Shown here piece by piece: positions 28,459-39,323 of a stretch of DNA of 64,000 nt. A program made the position numbers and the translations under genes. The notes under the pieces were generated by a model that saw only the letters and a program-made list of their open reading frames with translations, was not told the origin of the DNA and ran no database searches. Every line of letters starts with the position of its first letter. Position 1 is the stretch's first letter. This DNA comes from Nostoc sp. DedSLP01 (GTDB lineage Bacteria; Cyanobacteriota; Cyanobacteriia; Cyanobacteriales; Nostocaceae). Location of the stretch: the NCBI GenBank assembly GCA_034530875.2, contig JAVRCJ020000013.1, positions 1 through 64,000 of the forward strand, in the 5' to 3' direction.

Positions 28459-28557
28459 GCTAATTTTCTGTTGGAGTGCTTGAGTAAGGAAAAGGGTTTT
28501 TCTTAGCCTTCCCATTTTCCTAATTTATGCAAGCAAGAAGTCTAGCACTCCCGGATA

Positions 28558-31500
28558 TCATATTGGAATTTCAATTAAAAATTCTGTACCTTCACCGAGA
28601 ATAGAGTGGCAACTCAACTTTCCATGATGAGTTTCTTCAATAATTTGACGAGCGATCGCTAACCCCAGCCCTGTCCCTTTACCTACAGCTTTAGTAGTAA
28701 ATAAATGGTTAAATATTTTCTCTTTAACTGATTCAGGCATCCCCTTACCATTATCAGCAATGGTAATTTTCACAAAATTATTTGCCACTGAAGTTGTAAT
28801 GTTAATTCGGTTGGGATTAACTTTAATTTCATCAAAATTACGTCCGTTGTTGGATTCGTCTAAAGCGTCGATGGCATTAGCTAAAATATTCATGAATACC
28901 TGGTTTAGTTGACCGGGAAAACATTCGACTTGTGGTAAATTACCATATTTAGCTATAACTTCAATTTCTGGACGTTGTTCGTTGGCTTTGAGGCGATGTT
29001 TCAAAATTAAAATTGTACTGTCAATTCCTTGATGAATATTAAATGGTACTTTGTAATCTAAATCTGCACGAGAGAAAGTACGAAGACTGGTACTAATATT
29101 TCTTAATCTCTCGCACGCCATTGTCATAGAATCAAGTATTTTTGGTAAGTCTTCTAAGCTATATTCTAAGTCTATTTCTTCAGCATGTTCGAGAATTTCT
29201 TCGCTCTTGTTGGGTAAACTTTCTTGATAAAGTTTCAAGTGTTCGACAATATCGGCAATAGTGGGTTTAGCTTGTTTAATACTGGCAGCAATAAAACCCA
29301 AAGGATTATTCATTTCGTGAGCTACACCAGCAACTAAGTTACCCAAAGCAGACATTTTTTCACTTTGAATCATTTGTAATTGTGCTTGTTGCAAATTTTG
29401 TAAAGCAGTTTCTAGCTCTTGTGCTTTTTGTTGAAGTTCGGCTTCAGCAAGTTTGCGTAAGCGAAGCTCGTTGTAGACATCGGTCATATCATCTGCCAGG
29501 GAAGCAACTCCAATTATTTGGCCATCCGCAGTCACAAGCGGAGTATTGTACCAAGCACAAATAATAGTTTTGCCATCCTTTGTCACATTTTCATTGATGT
29601 TGTAATTACCACCCTTCTGGGATATTATATCGGCGCTAACTTCCTCTAATTGTATTTGAATCGTTTGAGGAACGATGAACGTGAAGTGATGACCCAAAGC
29701 TTCCTGTTTGGTGTAGCCAAACATTTGTTCTGCTGCTGGGTTCCAGTCAGTAACCTGAAAATTGTTATCCCACTCTATGACTGCTAATGGAGTTTGCTGA
29801 ACCAATAACTGGAGCCGTTGCTGGGATGCTCGCAATTGTTCCTCAACTTGTTTGGCTTCGCTTATATCCAACAACAATCCATCCCAAACTACAGTTCCAT
29901 CTGCTTTTTGTTCGATTCGAGCTTGGGCGTGAATCCATTTAATAATCCCAGATAGTGTAATAATTCGCCCCGACCACTCAAAAGGAGTTAGAGTTTGCAT
30001 TGACTTCGTAACAGACTGCTGGTAACTTGCGGCATCATCTGGATGCATTCTTTCCAAGAGTAACTGCACATTAGCGATCGCTTCTTCGGGTGTGATTTCG
30101 TATAGTTCATAACATTCTCTACTCATATAAGTTAGAGACATTGCACCATTAGCAAATATCTGGTACTGATAAACCACCCCAGGAACATTATCTACAAGTT
30201 TCTCAAAGCGAGAGTTACTCGCACTCAATCCATCAAGCGATCGCTCTAGCTGTTGGGCATATTTTTGCGATCGCTCGTACAGTCGAGCATTTTCTAAAGA
30301 AATGGCGGCTTGAGCGCAGAGTAAATTCAACAGTTCGGCGCGATCGCTTGTGAATGCTCCCGTCACTAAATTGTTTTCTAAATACAACACCCCCAGCAAC
30401 TTGCCTTGATGTAAAATCGGGCTGCACAAGATACTCTTGGGTTGATGTTGCTCAATGTAAGGGTCACAATTTAATTGCGGATATACATTAGCATCAATAA
30501 TTACTACTGGCTGTAAGCTACGTTTGACAGTATTAACTAAGCCAACTGGTACATCCATAGATTCTTCTACAGGCTCTAATTCGAGCAACTTGCTAGAAAA
30601 ATCAACTTTGGTATTTCCATTGTTCTGTAAGCTTAACTTTGCTAATGCCCGAACCAGTAATTTATCTGACTCCATAAGCATTAACACGCACTTATCAGCT
30701 CCCGCATTTTCGATGACGATCGCAAGCAATGATGAGAGCAGTTTTTCAAATTCGATTTCGCCTGAGATAGTTTGAGAAGCTTTGAGAATTGTAGCTAAAT
30801 CTAGAGCTACAGACACACTACTGCTAGATGTGGCCGAACTGGTAGAGGTGAGAGTTCCTTCAGGGAAGATAGTTTCGTTTGTGGAAAGGGGAGAATGTGT
30901 TTGCTCTAAAATGACGCCGAGGAGTTGGGGATAGCGTCTTTCCAAGTCAGCAACTTTCGCTCTCGCACCCCAGCGAGCATAGCTGTAGTAAGCTGCGGTC
31001 ATATATTCTTCGGCTAGGCGCTGCTTGCCCCAGTCGAGGTAAAATTTAGCAGCTAGTTCGTTGGCTATGGCTGCTTCTTGAATATAACCGTGTTCTTTAG
31101 CAAGAGCGATGGCGCGATCGTAATAGTCCATTGCCTCACTTTTATTACCCACAATCCGATATTGTTCTGCTGCAACTAAATCAAATTTATGTTGAAAATT
31201 CATTGGTGCGTAGTTTGCCCATAGCTGCATTTTTCCTTGGTTGTTAGCTACTCGATTTAAGAGATGTTCTTGTTGCGATCGCGATAGCGATGGATAGATA
31301 GCTAGGTGTGCCAAAGAATCATACAAATGGAATACTGGAACTGAAAATATTCCTTGTACTCCATCTAAATACTGTTCGGCTTGTAGGGCATTTTCCTGTG
31401 CTTGTTTATATTCTCCAAACAGGTAACAAAGAATTAATTTATTCAGATATAAGTCGTTAAGACCAGTGCGATCGCTAGCATTTTTCATCAGTGGTAAAGA

Positions 31501-34500
31501 TATTTCTTCGTTATATACTTCACCCCGTAAACTGCATAAACTTTCTGAAGGATTTAATAAGTTCAATACTGTCTGTTGAGAAATTTGCAGCCAACCTAGA
31601 GTGTTTTCTTGCTTGAGTCTAGCTAAAGCATCGCTGACAGAAGCCATTTCTCCTACCAGTATTGATAATTCTTGTCCCATAAGATAAGAATACTTGTATT
31701 TCAACATAGCAGAAAGACCACCATGTTCAAAATTTCCACTGTCTAATCCTGTTTCATAGCCATCCCAAAGAATTGACAATGTTTCTCTGACGTGAACCTT
31801 ACAATGAATTAATAGCGCTCCTACTAAATGGAATACATAAGATTTGATTTCTGAAGCGTTGAATTGTTCAGCTAACTTAATAGCTAACTGCCCAAATTCA
31901 TAACCAGACTCACTCTCTTGAAATACTAAATTTAATAACATTCCATAAAAAGCATAACCAGGAGTAGAGAAGGGCGAATTGCCATATTTGAGTGACAAAT
32001 TCATCAATTCACACGTTACTAAAGGTACAAGTGCAGGTGCAGCTTGATAGGTAGGAGTAAACATACTTGCTAACATCCTAGTAGCTGCTAACTTCTCGAC
32101 ATCCGTCATTAAGGGTAGATTAATTAAATCTTCTATTTTCTTGCTTTGAAGATTACTTACAGTTTGAGTAAGTGCTTGCTGAATATCTGAAGGATCTGGC
32201 GATTTAGGTAAACTCACCCCTACTGATTCCAAGGCTTCTAATCCAATTTGCACTGCTTCTAACTTTTTGCCTTGCGCCATATAACCTTGGACTTTGACAG
32301 CATAGGCTTTCATTTTATCAATGGGAGTTTTTGCCTGTTGCAAAACAATATCTACCCATTTGTTCATTTGCTCAAAATTGCCGCTAAGATATGCGGTTTC
32401 TGCTGCTAATTCGTATAGTGCCAAATTAAGATTATAATGTGTTTGCCACTGGGAAAATTTCAGCAGGGCGATACCTGTTGTGGAATACTCCAATGCAGCA
32501 GTATATGCTGTTGCAGTTCTAGCTTTTTGCCCAGCATTTAAATTAAGTTGAGCCAGTTCTATTTGCTTTTCTAATTCAACAATTAAGGGTTTGCCAATAT
32601 TGAATTGATTGACAATTTCAAACAGCTTTTCATTCTGTTCTTTGATTGGGGTATTGTTTAGTAGTAGTTGCCCAATTTTGAGGTGAGTTGCCTGTTTTTG
32701 CTCGTCAGTAATTAGAGAATAAGCTGCTTGCTGTACTCGGTCATGGATAAATTTGTATGTAACAGTCATTTGCTTTTGGTCATTGCCCATTTGTTCGTTC
32801 TTTTCTAATGACAAATGACTAATGACTAATGACTCTTGTTGATAAAACTTATAAATATCGCCAATTGGTAAAATCAACCCTTCTTGTAATGCTTTCCACA
32901 AATTAGCAGCATTTTCAATTTGAGATTTTTCTGAAACAATAGCCAAAGTTTCTAAATCAAACTGATTGCCAATACAAGCAGCTAACTGCAACGCCTGTTG
33001 AGTTGGTAACGGCAGTTTTTGTAATTGCAATGCCATAAAGGTAACAACGTCATCTGTAACCGCTTGAGTCTTTACTTGTGTAATATCATACTTCCAACAG
33101 CCTAGCTCGATATCAAACTGAATGATATTTTCTTGGTGCAATGCTTTGATAAATTGAGTCGTAAAAAACGGGTTACCTTGGGTTTTTTGATAAATCAATA
33201 CAGAAAAAGCCGAAGTCAAACTTTCGGTACATTTGAGCGTATCAGCAATTAACTGATTGACTGTAGCTTGACTTAATGGTGCTAAATTAATTCTATTAAT
33301 TATTGCTTGTGATTTGGCAATTTCATTTAAAGTCAACATTAATGGATCTCCAGGGCTGACTTCGTTATCGCGATACGCACCAATTAATAAAAGATGGCTG
33401 GCATCAGCCATTAAAAGCTGTATTAATTTCAGCGATGCCGAATCTGCCCATTGCAAATCATCTAAAAAGATTACTAAGGGATGTTCTGCGGTAGTAAAAA
33501 TTTTAGTAAATTTTTGAAATAATAAATTAAATCTATTTTGTACTGCTGTTCCTGATAATTCTGGTGCTGGTGGTTGTTGGCCGATAATTATTTGTAGTTC
33601 GGGTATGACTTCAATAATTACCTGGCCATGTTCTCCAAGTGCTGACAATATTTTGTTTTTCCATTCCTCAATTTGTGTATCGCTGTCTGTTAATAATTGC
33701 TTCATTAAATTGCGGAATGCTTGCACAAATCCGCTAAATGGTATATTTCGTTGAAATTGGTCAAATTTGCCTTTGATAAAATAGCCTCGTTGTCGAACAA
33801 TTGGTTTATGAACTTCGTTGACGACTGCTGTTTTACCAATTCCAGAAAACCCTGCAACCAGCATCATTTCGGTTGCACCAAGGCTAACTCTCTCAAATGC
33901 TTGCAAGAGGGTTTGAACCTCCATGTCTCTACCATAGAGTTTATCGGGGATGATGAAGCTATTGCACGCATCCCTACTTGCAATTTCAAAACTCTCAATC
34001 CTACCAGTTTCTTTAAGTTGATATAAACAATTCTCTAAATCAAACTTCAGCCCCCAAACGCTTTGATATCTATCTTCAGCATTCTTCGCCATCAACTTGT
34101 TAATAATCTCACATAATACTCTTGGTACTTCTTTCCTCTTGCCTTCTAGCTTTGGCGGCATTTTTCCAATATGACAATGCAACAATTCCATTGCATCATC
34201 CGATGTAAATGGTAATTCTCCTGTAAGTAATTCATAGAAAGTCACACCCAAAGAATAAAAATCAGTCCGGTAATCAATCCCGCGGTTCATTCTGCCTGTT
34301 TGTTCTGGAGAAATATAAGCCAGCGTTCCTTCTAAGACATTGGGATTGACGAGAATTTGAGTTTCCCTTGGTAATAGCGATGCAATACTAAAGTCAATTA
34401 ATTTAACTTGTTTGGTATCGGGATTAATTAATATATTGCTGGGTTTAATATCTTTATGAATAATGCGATCGCGGTAGAGTATATCTAAGATATTGCACAA

Positions 34501-34839
34501 AGCGATCGCAATTTGTAAAAATTCATCCAAAGGCACAACATTGTTATTGTTAGCGAAATAATCCTTAAGAGAAATTCCGCCAAAGTCCTCCATTACTAAC
34601 GCATAACCATTTTGGTATGGTTCGAGGCTATAGGTTTGGATGATTTCGGGATAGTTGAAATTTTTAGCAATGGTATATTGATTGCGAAATTGCACTAGTT
34701 CGCTAAAGCTGGGATAAGGATTCTTCAGTATCTTAATGACCGCTGGTAATGAATCAATCTCCCTAACAGCTCGATAAACTAGGGTTCTCAAACCATCATA
34801 AAGTTTTTCACCCAGGTGATATCCAGGAATGTTAATCAT
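28558..34839 (-). CDS. HstK-family Ser/Thr kinase-AAA-GAF-PAS-histidine kinase
   Basis: HKDIKPSN, DFS, SPEQTGR; GFSGIGKT; GAF (LYLENN); two PAS/PAC; AHEMNNP H-box; GKGTGLGL. Confidence 0.95.
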   Translation of the reverse strand: MINIPGYHLGEKLYDGLRTLVYRAVREIDSLPAVIKILKNPYPSFSELVQFRNQYTIAKNFNYPEIIQTYSLEPYQNGYALVMEDFGGISLKDYFANNNNVVPLDEFLQIAIALCNILDILYRDRIIHKDIKPSNILINPDTKQVKLIDFSIASLLPRETQILVNPNVLEGTLAYISPEQTGRMNRGIDYRTDFYSLGVTFYELLTGELPFTSDDAMELLHCHIGKMPPKLEGKRKEVPRVLCEIINKLMAKNAEDRYQSVWGLKFDLENCLYQLKETGRIESFEIASRDACNSFIIPDKLYGRDMEVQTLLQAFERVSLGATEMMLVAGFSGIGKTAVVNEVHKPIVRQRGYFIKGKFDQFQRNIPFSGFVQAFRNLMKQLLTDSDTQIEEWKNKILSALGEHGQVIIEVIPELQIIIGQQPPAPELSGTAVQNRFNLLFQKFTKIFTTAEHPLVIFLDDLQWADSASLKLIQLLMADASHLLLIGAYRDNEVSPGDPLMLTLNEIAKSQAIINRINLAPLSQATVNQLIADTLKCTESLTSAFSVLIYQKTQGNPFFTTQFIKALHQENIIQFDIELGCWKYDITQVKTQAVTDDVVTFMALQLQKLPLPTQQALQLAACIGNQFDLETLAIVSEKSQIENAANLWKALQEGLILPIGDIYKFYQQESLVISHLSLEKNEQMGNDQKQMTVTYKFIHDRVQQAAYSLITDEQKQATHLKIGQLLLNNTPIKEQNEKLFEIVNQFNIGKPLIVELEKQIELAQLNLNAGQKARTATAYTAALEYSTTGIALLKFSQWQTHYNLNLALYELAAETAYLSGNFEQMNKWVDIVLQQAKTPIDKMKAYAVKVQGYMAQGKKLEAVQIGLEALESVGVSLPKSPDPSDIQQALTQTVSNLQSKKIEDLINLPLMTDVEKLAATRMLASMFTPTYQAAPALVPLVTCELMNLSLKYGNSPFSTPGYAFYGMLLNLVFQESESGYEFGQLAIKLAEQFNASEIKSYVFHLVGALLIHCKVHVRETLSILWDGYETGLDSGNFEHGGLSAMLKYKYSYLMGQELSILVGEMASVSDALARLKQENTLGWLQISQQTVLNLLNPSESLCSLRGEVYNEEISLPLMKNASDRTGLNDLYLNKLILCYLFGEYKQAQENALQAEQYLDGVQGIFSVPVFHLYDSLAHLAIYPSLSRSQQEHLLNRVANNQGKMQLWANYAPMNFQHKFDLVAAEQYRIVGNKSEAMDYYDRAIALAKEHGYIQEAAIANELAAKFYLDWGKQRLAEEYMTAAYYSYARWGARAKVADLERRYPQLLGVILEQTHSPLSTNETIFPEGTLTSTSSATSSSSVSVALDLATILKASQTISGEIEFEKLLSSLLAIVIENAGADKCVLMLMESDKLLVRALAKLSLQNNGNTKVDFSSKLLELEPVEESMDVPVGLVNTVKRSLQPVVIIDANVYPQLNCDPYIEQHQPKSILCSPILHQGKLLGVLYLENNLVTGAFTSDRAELLNLLCAQAAISLENARLYERSQKYAQQLERSLDGLSASNSRFEKLVDNVPGVVYQYQIFANGAMSLTYMSRECYELYEITPEEAIANVQLLLERMHPDDAASYQQSVTKSMQTLTPFEWSGRIITLSGIIKWIHAQARIEQKADGTVVWDGLLLDISEAKQVEEQLRASQQRLQLLVQQTPLAVIEWDNNFQVTDWNPAAEQMFGYTKQEALGHHFTFIVPQTIQIQLEEVSADIISQKGGNYNINENVTKDGKTIICAWYNTPLVTADGQIIGVASLADDMTDVYNELRLRKLAEAELQQKAQELETALQNLQQAQLQMIQSEKMSALGNLVAGVAHEMNNPLGFIAASIKQAKPTIADIVEHLKLYQESLPNKSEEILEHAEEIDLEYSLEDLPKILDSMTMACERLRNISTSLRTFSRADLDYKVPFNIHQGIDSTILILKHRLKANEQRPEIEVIAKYGNLPQVECFPGQLNQVFMNILANAIDALDESNNGRNFDEIKVNPNRINITTSVANNFVKITIADNGKGMPESVKEKIFNHLFTTKAVGKGTGLGLAIARQIIEETHHGKLSCHSILGEGTEFLIEIPI
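29458..29478. mobile_element. 21-nt small dispersed repeat inserted in frame into a HIP1-like site
   Basis: GCG[TAAGCGAAGCTCGTTGTAGAC]ATCGG; encodes VYNELRL within D-M-T-D-R-K. Confidence 0.75.
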
Positions 34840-35345
34840 AAATGCTAAATTTAAACACTAGATTTAGTATTCCCACATAGACAAAATCTTGCGCGATGAG
34901 TTTCTTGTGTCGTGTGGAATGTTACTCTATTGAAGAATTCAGAAGTCAGAATTCAGGAGTCAGAATGCAATTCTAAGGGGATTTAGACCGGCCACCTAGA
35001 AGCACCACGTTTCTTGAAATTTGGCGGGGTCTTAAACCCATTTATCGAAACAATCGGGTCTAAAACCGTACTTCGTCCAAAGTTTTTGGAACGGGGTACA
35101 AATCCTCGTTCCAAAAACGGCCTCCTGCCTCCTGCCCTCTGCCTCCTGCCTTCGTTAATAACTTTAGAGATATTAGGATAGATATAGCCTTTTACTCTCT
35201 TGCTTCGCTAAAAGGGCGAGATTCGGTTGAGCATGAATGCTGAGTATGAAAATATATCAAAAAACCATGCTCAAACGTTAAAAGTAGGGTAATTGAGCAT
35301 TAAAAGAGCATTTTTCAGAGAGTAAAGGCTAAAAGTATCGATAAT

Positions 35346-36701
35346 ATGTCGAGCTCGCGTAATCTGCAAGAAACTCACTTAAACCGTGCCCGCGCCAGTC
35401 TCAGACAAGCGCTGTCTTGGTATGGATATCTTCGTAAATCAGGTCAGCTTTCATCGAACCCAGAATTGGCAGGTTTGCTGAAACCAGAATTAGAAACTCT
35501 TAACTCCACACTCAACAAACTCGACTCTAATATTATTAGAATTGCCGCCTTTGGTTTGGTAAGTCGCGGTAAGTCAGCAGTTTTAAATGCTTTGCTGGGA
35601 GACAAAATTCTCCAAACTGGCCCCTTGAATGGTGTCACTCAATGGCCTCGTTCGGTACGCTGGCAACCAAGTAATAAGGTATTAGTAGAGTTAATTGATA
35701 CCCCAGGCTTAGATGAAATTGAGGGTGAGTCACGCGCAGATATGGCAAAAGAAATCGTGCGGCAAGCCGATTTGATTTTGTTTGTTGTGTCTGGTGACAT
35801 TATGCGCACTGAGTATCAAGCATTGCTAGAGTTAAGGCGATCGCAAAAACCTTTGATTTTGGTGTTCAACAAAATAGACCTCTATCCAGATACCGACAAG
35901 GCCGCGATTTACGAAAATCTGCAACAACTCGGTAAAGGAAATCCGCAAGCAAAACCCCTATTACCTGATGAAATTGTCATGGTGGCGGCGGAACCAGCAC
36001 CAATGGAAGTGCGAGTTGAATGGCCTGATGGTCGCATCACTTATGAATTGGAGACACCACCACCACAAGTTGACGAACTCAAGCAGACAATTTTAAACAT
36101 TCTCAATCGCGAAGGCCGATCGCTTTTAGCTTTAAATGCACTCGTCCAAGCCCGAGATGCAGAAGCCGCCATCGCCCAAAAAACCATCGACTTACGCGAA
36201 CAAGAAGCCGAAGACATAATTTGGCAATTTACCAAATACAAAGCTTTGGCGGTAGCCTTAAATCCCATCGCCTTCTTAGATATCCTGGGCGGTACTGTTG
36301 CCGATTTAGCTTTAATTCGCGCTTTAGCACGCTTGTATGGGTTGCCAATGACTAGTTATGAAGCAGGGAAAATTCTCAAAACAATTTTATTGAGTTCTGG
36401 TGGCTTACTTTTGGGAGAATTAGGTAGTAGCTTGCTGTTGGGTTTGGGCAAAAGTACAGCTGCGATCGCGAGCAGTGATAATCCAACTAATATTACTACC
36501 TTTGCTGGTAGTGCGATCGCCCAAGCTGGTATCGCCGGTTATGGTGCATACTCCGTTGGCAAAGCTGCTCAAGTCTATCTCGAAAAAGGCTGCACCTGGG
36601 GACAGTTGGGTGCTAGCAGCGTTATAGAAGAAATTCTTTCTCAAGTTGACCAAAACACAATTCTGTATCGTTTGCAACAAGAATTAGGGATAAAGTATTG
36701 A
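35346..36701 (+). CDS. Era-like GTPase with DUF697 C-terminus
   Basis: GLVSRGKS, DTPG, NKID; NPIAFLD...LYG. Confidence 0.85.
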   Translation: MSSSRNLQETHLNRARASLRQALSWYGYLRKSGQLSSNPELAGLLKPELETLNSTLNKLDSNIIRIAAFGLVSRGKSAVLNALLGDKILQTGPLNGVTQWPRSVRWQPSNKVLVELIDTPGLDEIEGESRADMAKEIVRQADLILFVVSGDIMRTEYQALLELRRSQKPLILVFNKIDLYPDTDKAAIYENLQQLGKGNPQAKPLLPDEIVMVAAEPAPMEVRVEWPDGRITYELETPPPQVDELKQTILNILNREGRSLLALNALVQARDAEAAIAQKTIDLREQEAEDIIWQFTKYKALAVALNPIAFLDILGGTVADLALIRALARLYGLPMTSYEAGKILKTILLSSGGLLLGELGSSLLLGLGKSTAAIASSDNPTNITTFAGSAIAQAGIAGYGAYSVGKAAQVYLEKGCTWGQLGASSVIEEILSQVDQNTILYRLQQELGIKY

Positions 36702-37006
36702 GAATAACTAATAATTGTTTCTCCTTTGTTACCCTTTATAAGCATTTATCAAGTTCTATCAAACTCCTCTGACAATCGCTCGCAATTTGCGATCGCTATG
36801 CAAGATTGAGAACATAGCAATCTTTGCCATAGCTTTTTCAAGCAAAGATTGCCAGGTGGTAATCCCCACTCAAGTTGGCTAAAAAGATGACGGTGTTTAC
36901 ACCACTTTTTTTAGCAAGCATATCTAAACTGTAAATGTGAGCTTTCTAAGGTAATTAGAATCTCTGCCGTTGATTTATATCTCTGGAAACATAAGGTAAA
37001 AGCGAA

Positions 37007-37267
37007 ATGACAACAACCTTAAACGTAAATCAAGCTGCTGTAGCTACAAATCTTGAGCAAGCAATTGTAGCAGCCATTAGTGAAGCTCGTGAAGCCTGTG
37101 AGTTAAATGGCAGCAATTCTGCTAATTGTGCCGTAGCTTGGGATATCGTGGAAGAATTGCAAGCTGAAAAATCTCATCAACATCAAGCAAAACAAAACAA
37201 AACCTCTTTGGATAACTACTGCGATCGCCATCCTGATGCCGTAGAGTGTCTAATATACGACGTTTAG
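37007..37267 (+). CDS. cp12: Calvin cycle protein CP12
   Basis: C...CAVAWDIVEELQAE and YC..HPDA.EC.IYD; both Cys pairs present. Confidence 0.95.
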   Translation: MTTTLNVNQAAVATNLEQAIVAAISEAREACELNGSNSANCAVAWDIVEELQAEKSHQHQAKQNKTSLDNYCDRHPDAVECLIYDV

Positions 37268-37275
37268 GAAGAGAG

Positions 37276-37317
37276 AATTCAGGAGTCAGAATTCAGGAGT
37301 CAGAATTCAGAATTCAG
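37276..37317. repeat. AATTCAG/GAGTCAG tandem repeat
   Basis: Also at about 34936-34966, 37485-37510 and 50899-51046. Confidence 0.75.
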
Positions 37318-37522
37318 TATGAATAGCTGATAAATATATAGGTTTAATTTCAATACGCTTAGGTTAAGCCTAAAACAATTCATGTAGAGACGCGGTGAAT
37401 TGCGTCTAAAATGAGTTTAAGTCACCACTAAATCTTGACTGCTAAACGCTGTGCGAAAGATTTAGTGGTTTTTAATTTGTTCAGGATTCAGAATTCAGAA
37501 TTCTGAATTCTTAAATTCCGAC

Positions 37523-38341
37523 TCAACTTTTCCGCAAATCAACTATTGCTGATTGCACGAGTTTTTTAATCGCCTCTAAATCAAGCGGTGTTGCTTCGCT
37601 TTCCATCCCCAACCATAAAAGAAATTCGATATTCCCAGCCGGGCCAGTAATTGGCGACCAAGTTAAGCCTTTGTATTTCCATCCTAATTCTTGAGCCGCT
37701 TGCAAAACTTGAAAAATAGCGTCTGCTTGGTCGTTAGGATCGCGTACAACTCCTTTTTTTCCCACACGAGATTTTCCGACTTCAAACTGTGGCTTGACTA
37801 ACAATACAGCTTCCCGGTCAGCTTGAGTTAGCTCCCACAAAGCAGGCAAAATTTTAGTTAAGGAAATAAACGAGACATCCACCACCGCAAAATCAGGAAT
37901 CGGGTCATTTTCCCCGTACAAATCATTTGGTCGTAGCTGTCTTAAATTAGTGCGTTCGCGCAAAATTACCCGCGAATCATTTCTTAAAACCCAGTCAACT
38001 TGTCCGTAACCAACATCAATACCGTAAACTAATTTCGCACCAGCTTGTAACAAACAATCAGTAAAGCCACCCGTAGAAATTCCCCCATCTAAACAAACGC
38101 GTCCAGCTACAGGAATAGCGAACGCTTTCAAAGCTTTGAAAAGTTTTTCACCACCTCTAGAAACAAAAGGCGATCGCTCTTTAATATTGATTTGAGCCGT
38201 AATATCAACTTCCGTACCAGGTTTATCAACTACCTGCTGATTAACACTAACTTCCCCCGCCTGAATTAATCTCTGTGCCAACGCGCGAGAAGAACATAAA
38301 TTTAAATCTACTAATAATATATCAAGCCGCTGTTTAGCCAA
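37523..38341 (-). CDS. tlyA: TlyA family RNA methyltransferase
   Basis: S4 domain KQRLD, FVSRGGEKL, STGGFTD, DVSFISL, KPQFE, GNIEF. Confidence 0.93.
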   Translation of the reverse strand: MAKQRLDILLVDLNLCSSRALAQRLIQAGEVSVNQQVVDKPGTEVDITAQINIKERSPFVSRGGEKLFKALKAFAIPVAGRVCLDGGISTGGFTDCLLQAGAKLVYGIDVGYGQVDWVLRNDSRVILRERTNLRQLRPNDLYGENDPIPDFAVVDVSFISLTKILPALWELTQADREAVLLVKPQFEVGKSRVGKKGVVRDPNDQADAIFQVLQAAQELGWKYKGLTWSPITGPAGNIEFLLWLGMESEATPLDLEAIKKLVQSAIVDLRKS

Positions 38342-38800
38342 TTAATTAAAATCTCCTGATAATATTAAACCTAAAGCACGATTAATAATTTCTTCTCGGT
38401 TAACCAGCTTCTCTAATTCTTGCACTTCATAACGTCCTTCTTCTACTTCTAGGGAAGCCTCATCAATGGCATTTAAATAAGCTTCTGCTAAGATTTCTAA
38501 CAATTCTTCACGCGTCAGATAATAGCCGCCAGCTTTGCGCCGCTTATTTTCACGCTGAATTTCCCGAACCGAATTCCGAATTGAGACTTCCCAAGAGCGA
38601 GTTGTGCGATTTTCAGCTTGTTGTTTAATCAGATGCAACAACACAATTACTGCATAGCTACGAATCGTCTTGATTATGTCATTTCGGCTTATCTCTGTTA
38701 ATTCTTCCACTATCAGCAATGCTCCTTGAACATCGCCCTTAACAAGTAAGTCTTTCAAACTTAATAATTCTTCCATAATCAGCGCTTCAAAGCTCGGCAA
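38342..38800 (-). CDS. DUF29 family protein
   Basis: LLHLIKQQAE.RTTRSWEVSIRN..REI; start may be ATG 38776. Confidence 0.75.
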   Translation of the reverse strand: MPSFEALIMEELLSLKDLLVKGDVQGALLIVEELTEISRNDIIKTIRSYAVIVLLHLIKQQAENRTTRSWEVSIRNSVREIQRENKRRKAGGYYLTREELLEILAEAYLNAIDEASLEVEEGRYEVQELEKLVNREEIINRALGLILSGDFN

Positions 38801-39089
38801 TTTCTATTGTGCCCGATCGTATTTTTGTATTATAAATGTTTCTAGTAGTATGTTAATTACCTAAATTCTGTTAAATACTCTACCGTCTAAGGGCTGAATT
38901 TTCCAAACAAAAGTTTATATTTTAACCTAAAAGTTATATTTTTTTGTCAAAATCAACACCTTTTTGTTTTTTGTCTCTAAGATGAAACCTAATACGCTGA
39001 ATTGGAAAGTTCTTTACAAAATTTAGTAAAGCAGCAGAAGTCAAATTACTGCATTCCAACCTGAGATTTCAAACAGGAGATAGGCTATC

Positions 39090-39323
39090 ATGACAACGCA
39101 AAATGCTGCCCGACTTTTTGAAGCCGTCAAACGAGATCAAGCATTACAAGAGAAGCTCAAAGCAACAGCTAATCCAGAAGCATTCGTCAAAATTGCTCGC
39201 GAGCGTGGCTATGATTTCACCCTTGAAGAACTAGACAGAGAAATCGACAAATTGTCAGAAGAAGATCTAGCCGCCATTGTCAATCCAGGCTGGGGGACTA
39301 GACGCCACCTTAATCCTAGATAA
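39090..39323 (+). CDS. Nif11-like leader peptide family protein
   Basis: F..VKRDQALQEKLKA...IARERGYDFTLEEL...LSEEDL; AGGAG SD. Confidence 0.85.
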   Translation: MTTQNAARLFEAVKRDQALQEKLKATANPEAFVKIARERGYDFTLEELDREIDKLSEEDLAAIVNPGWGTRRHLNPR

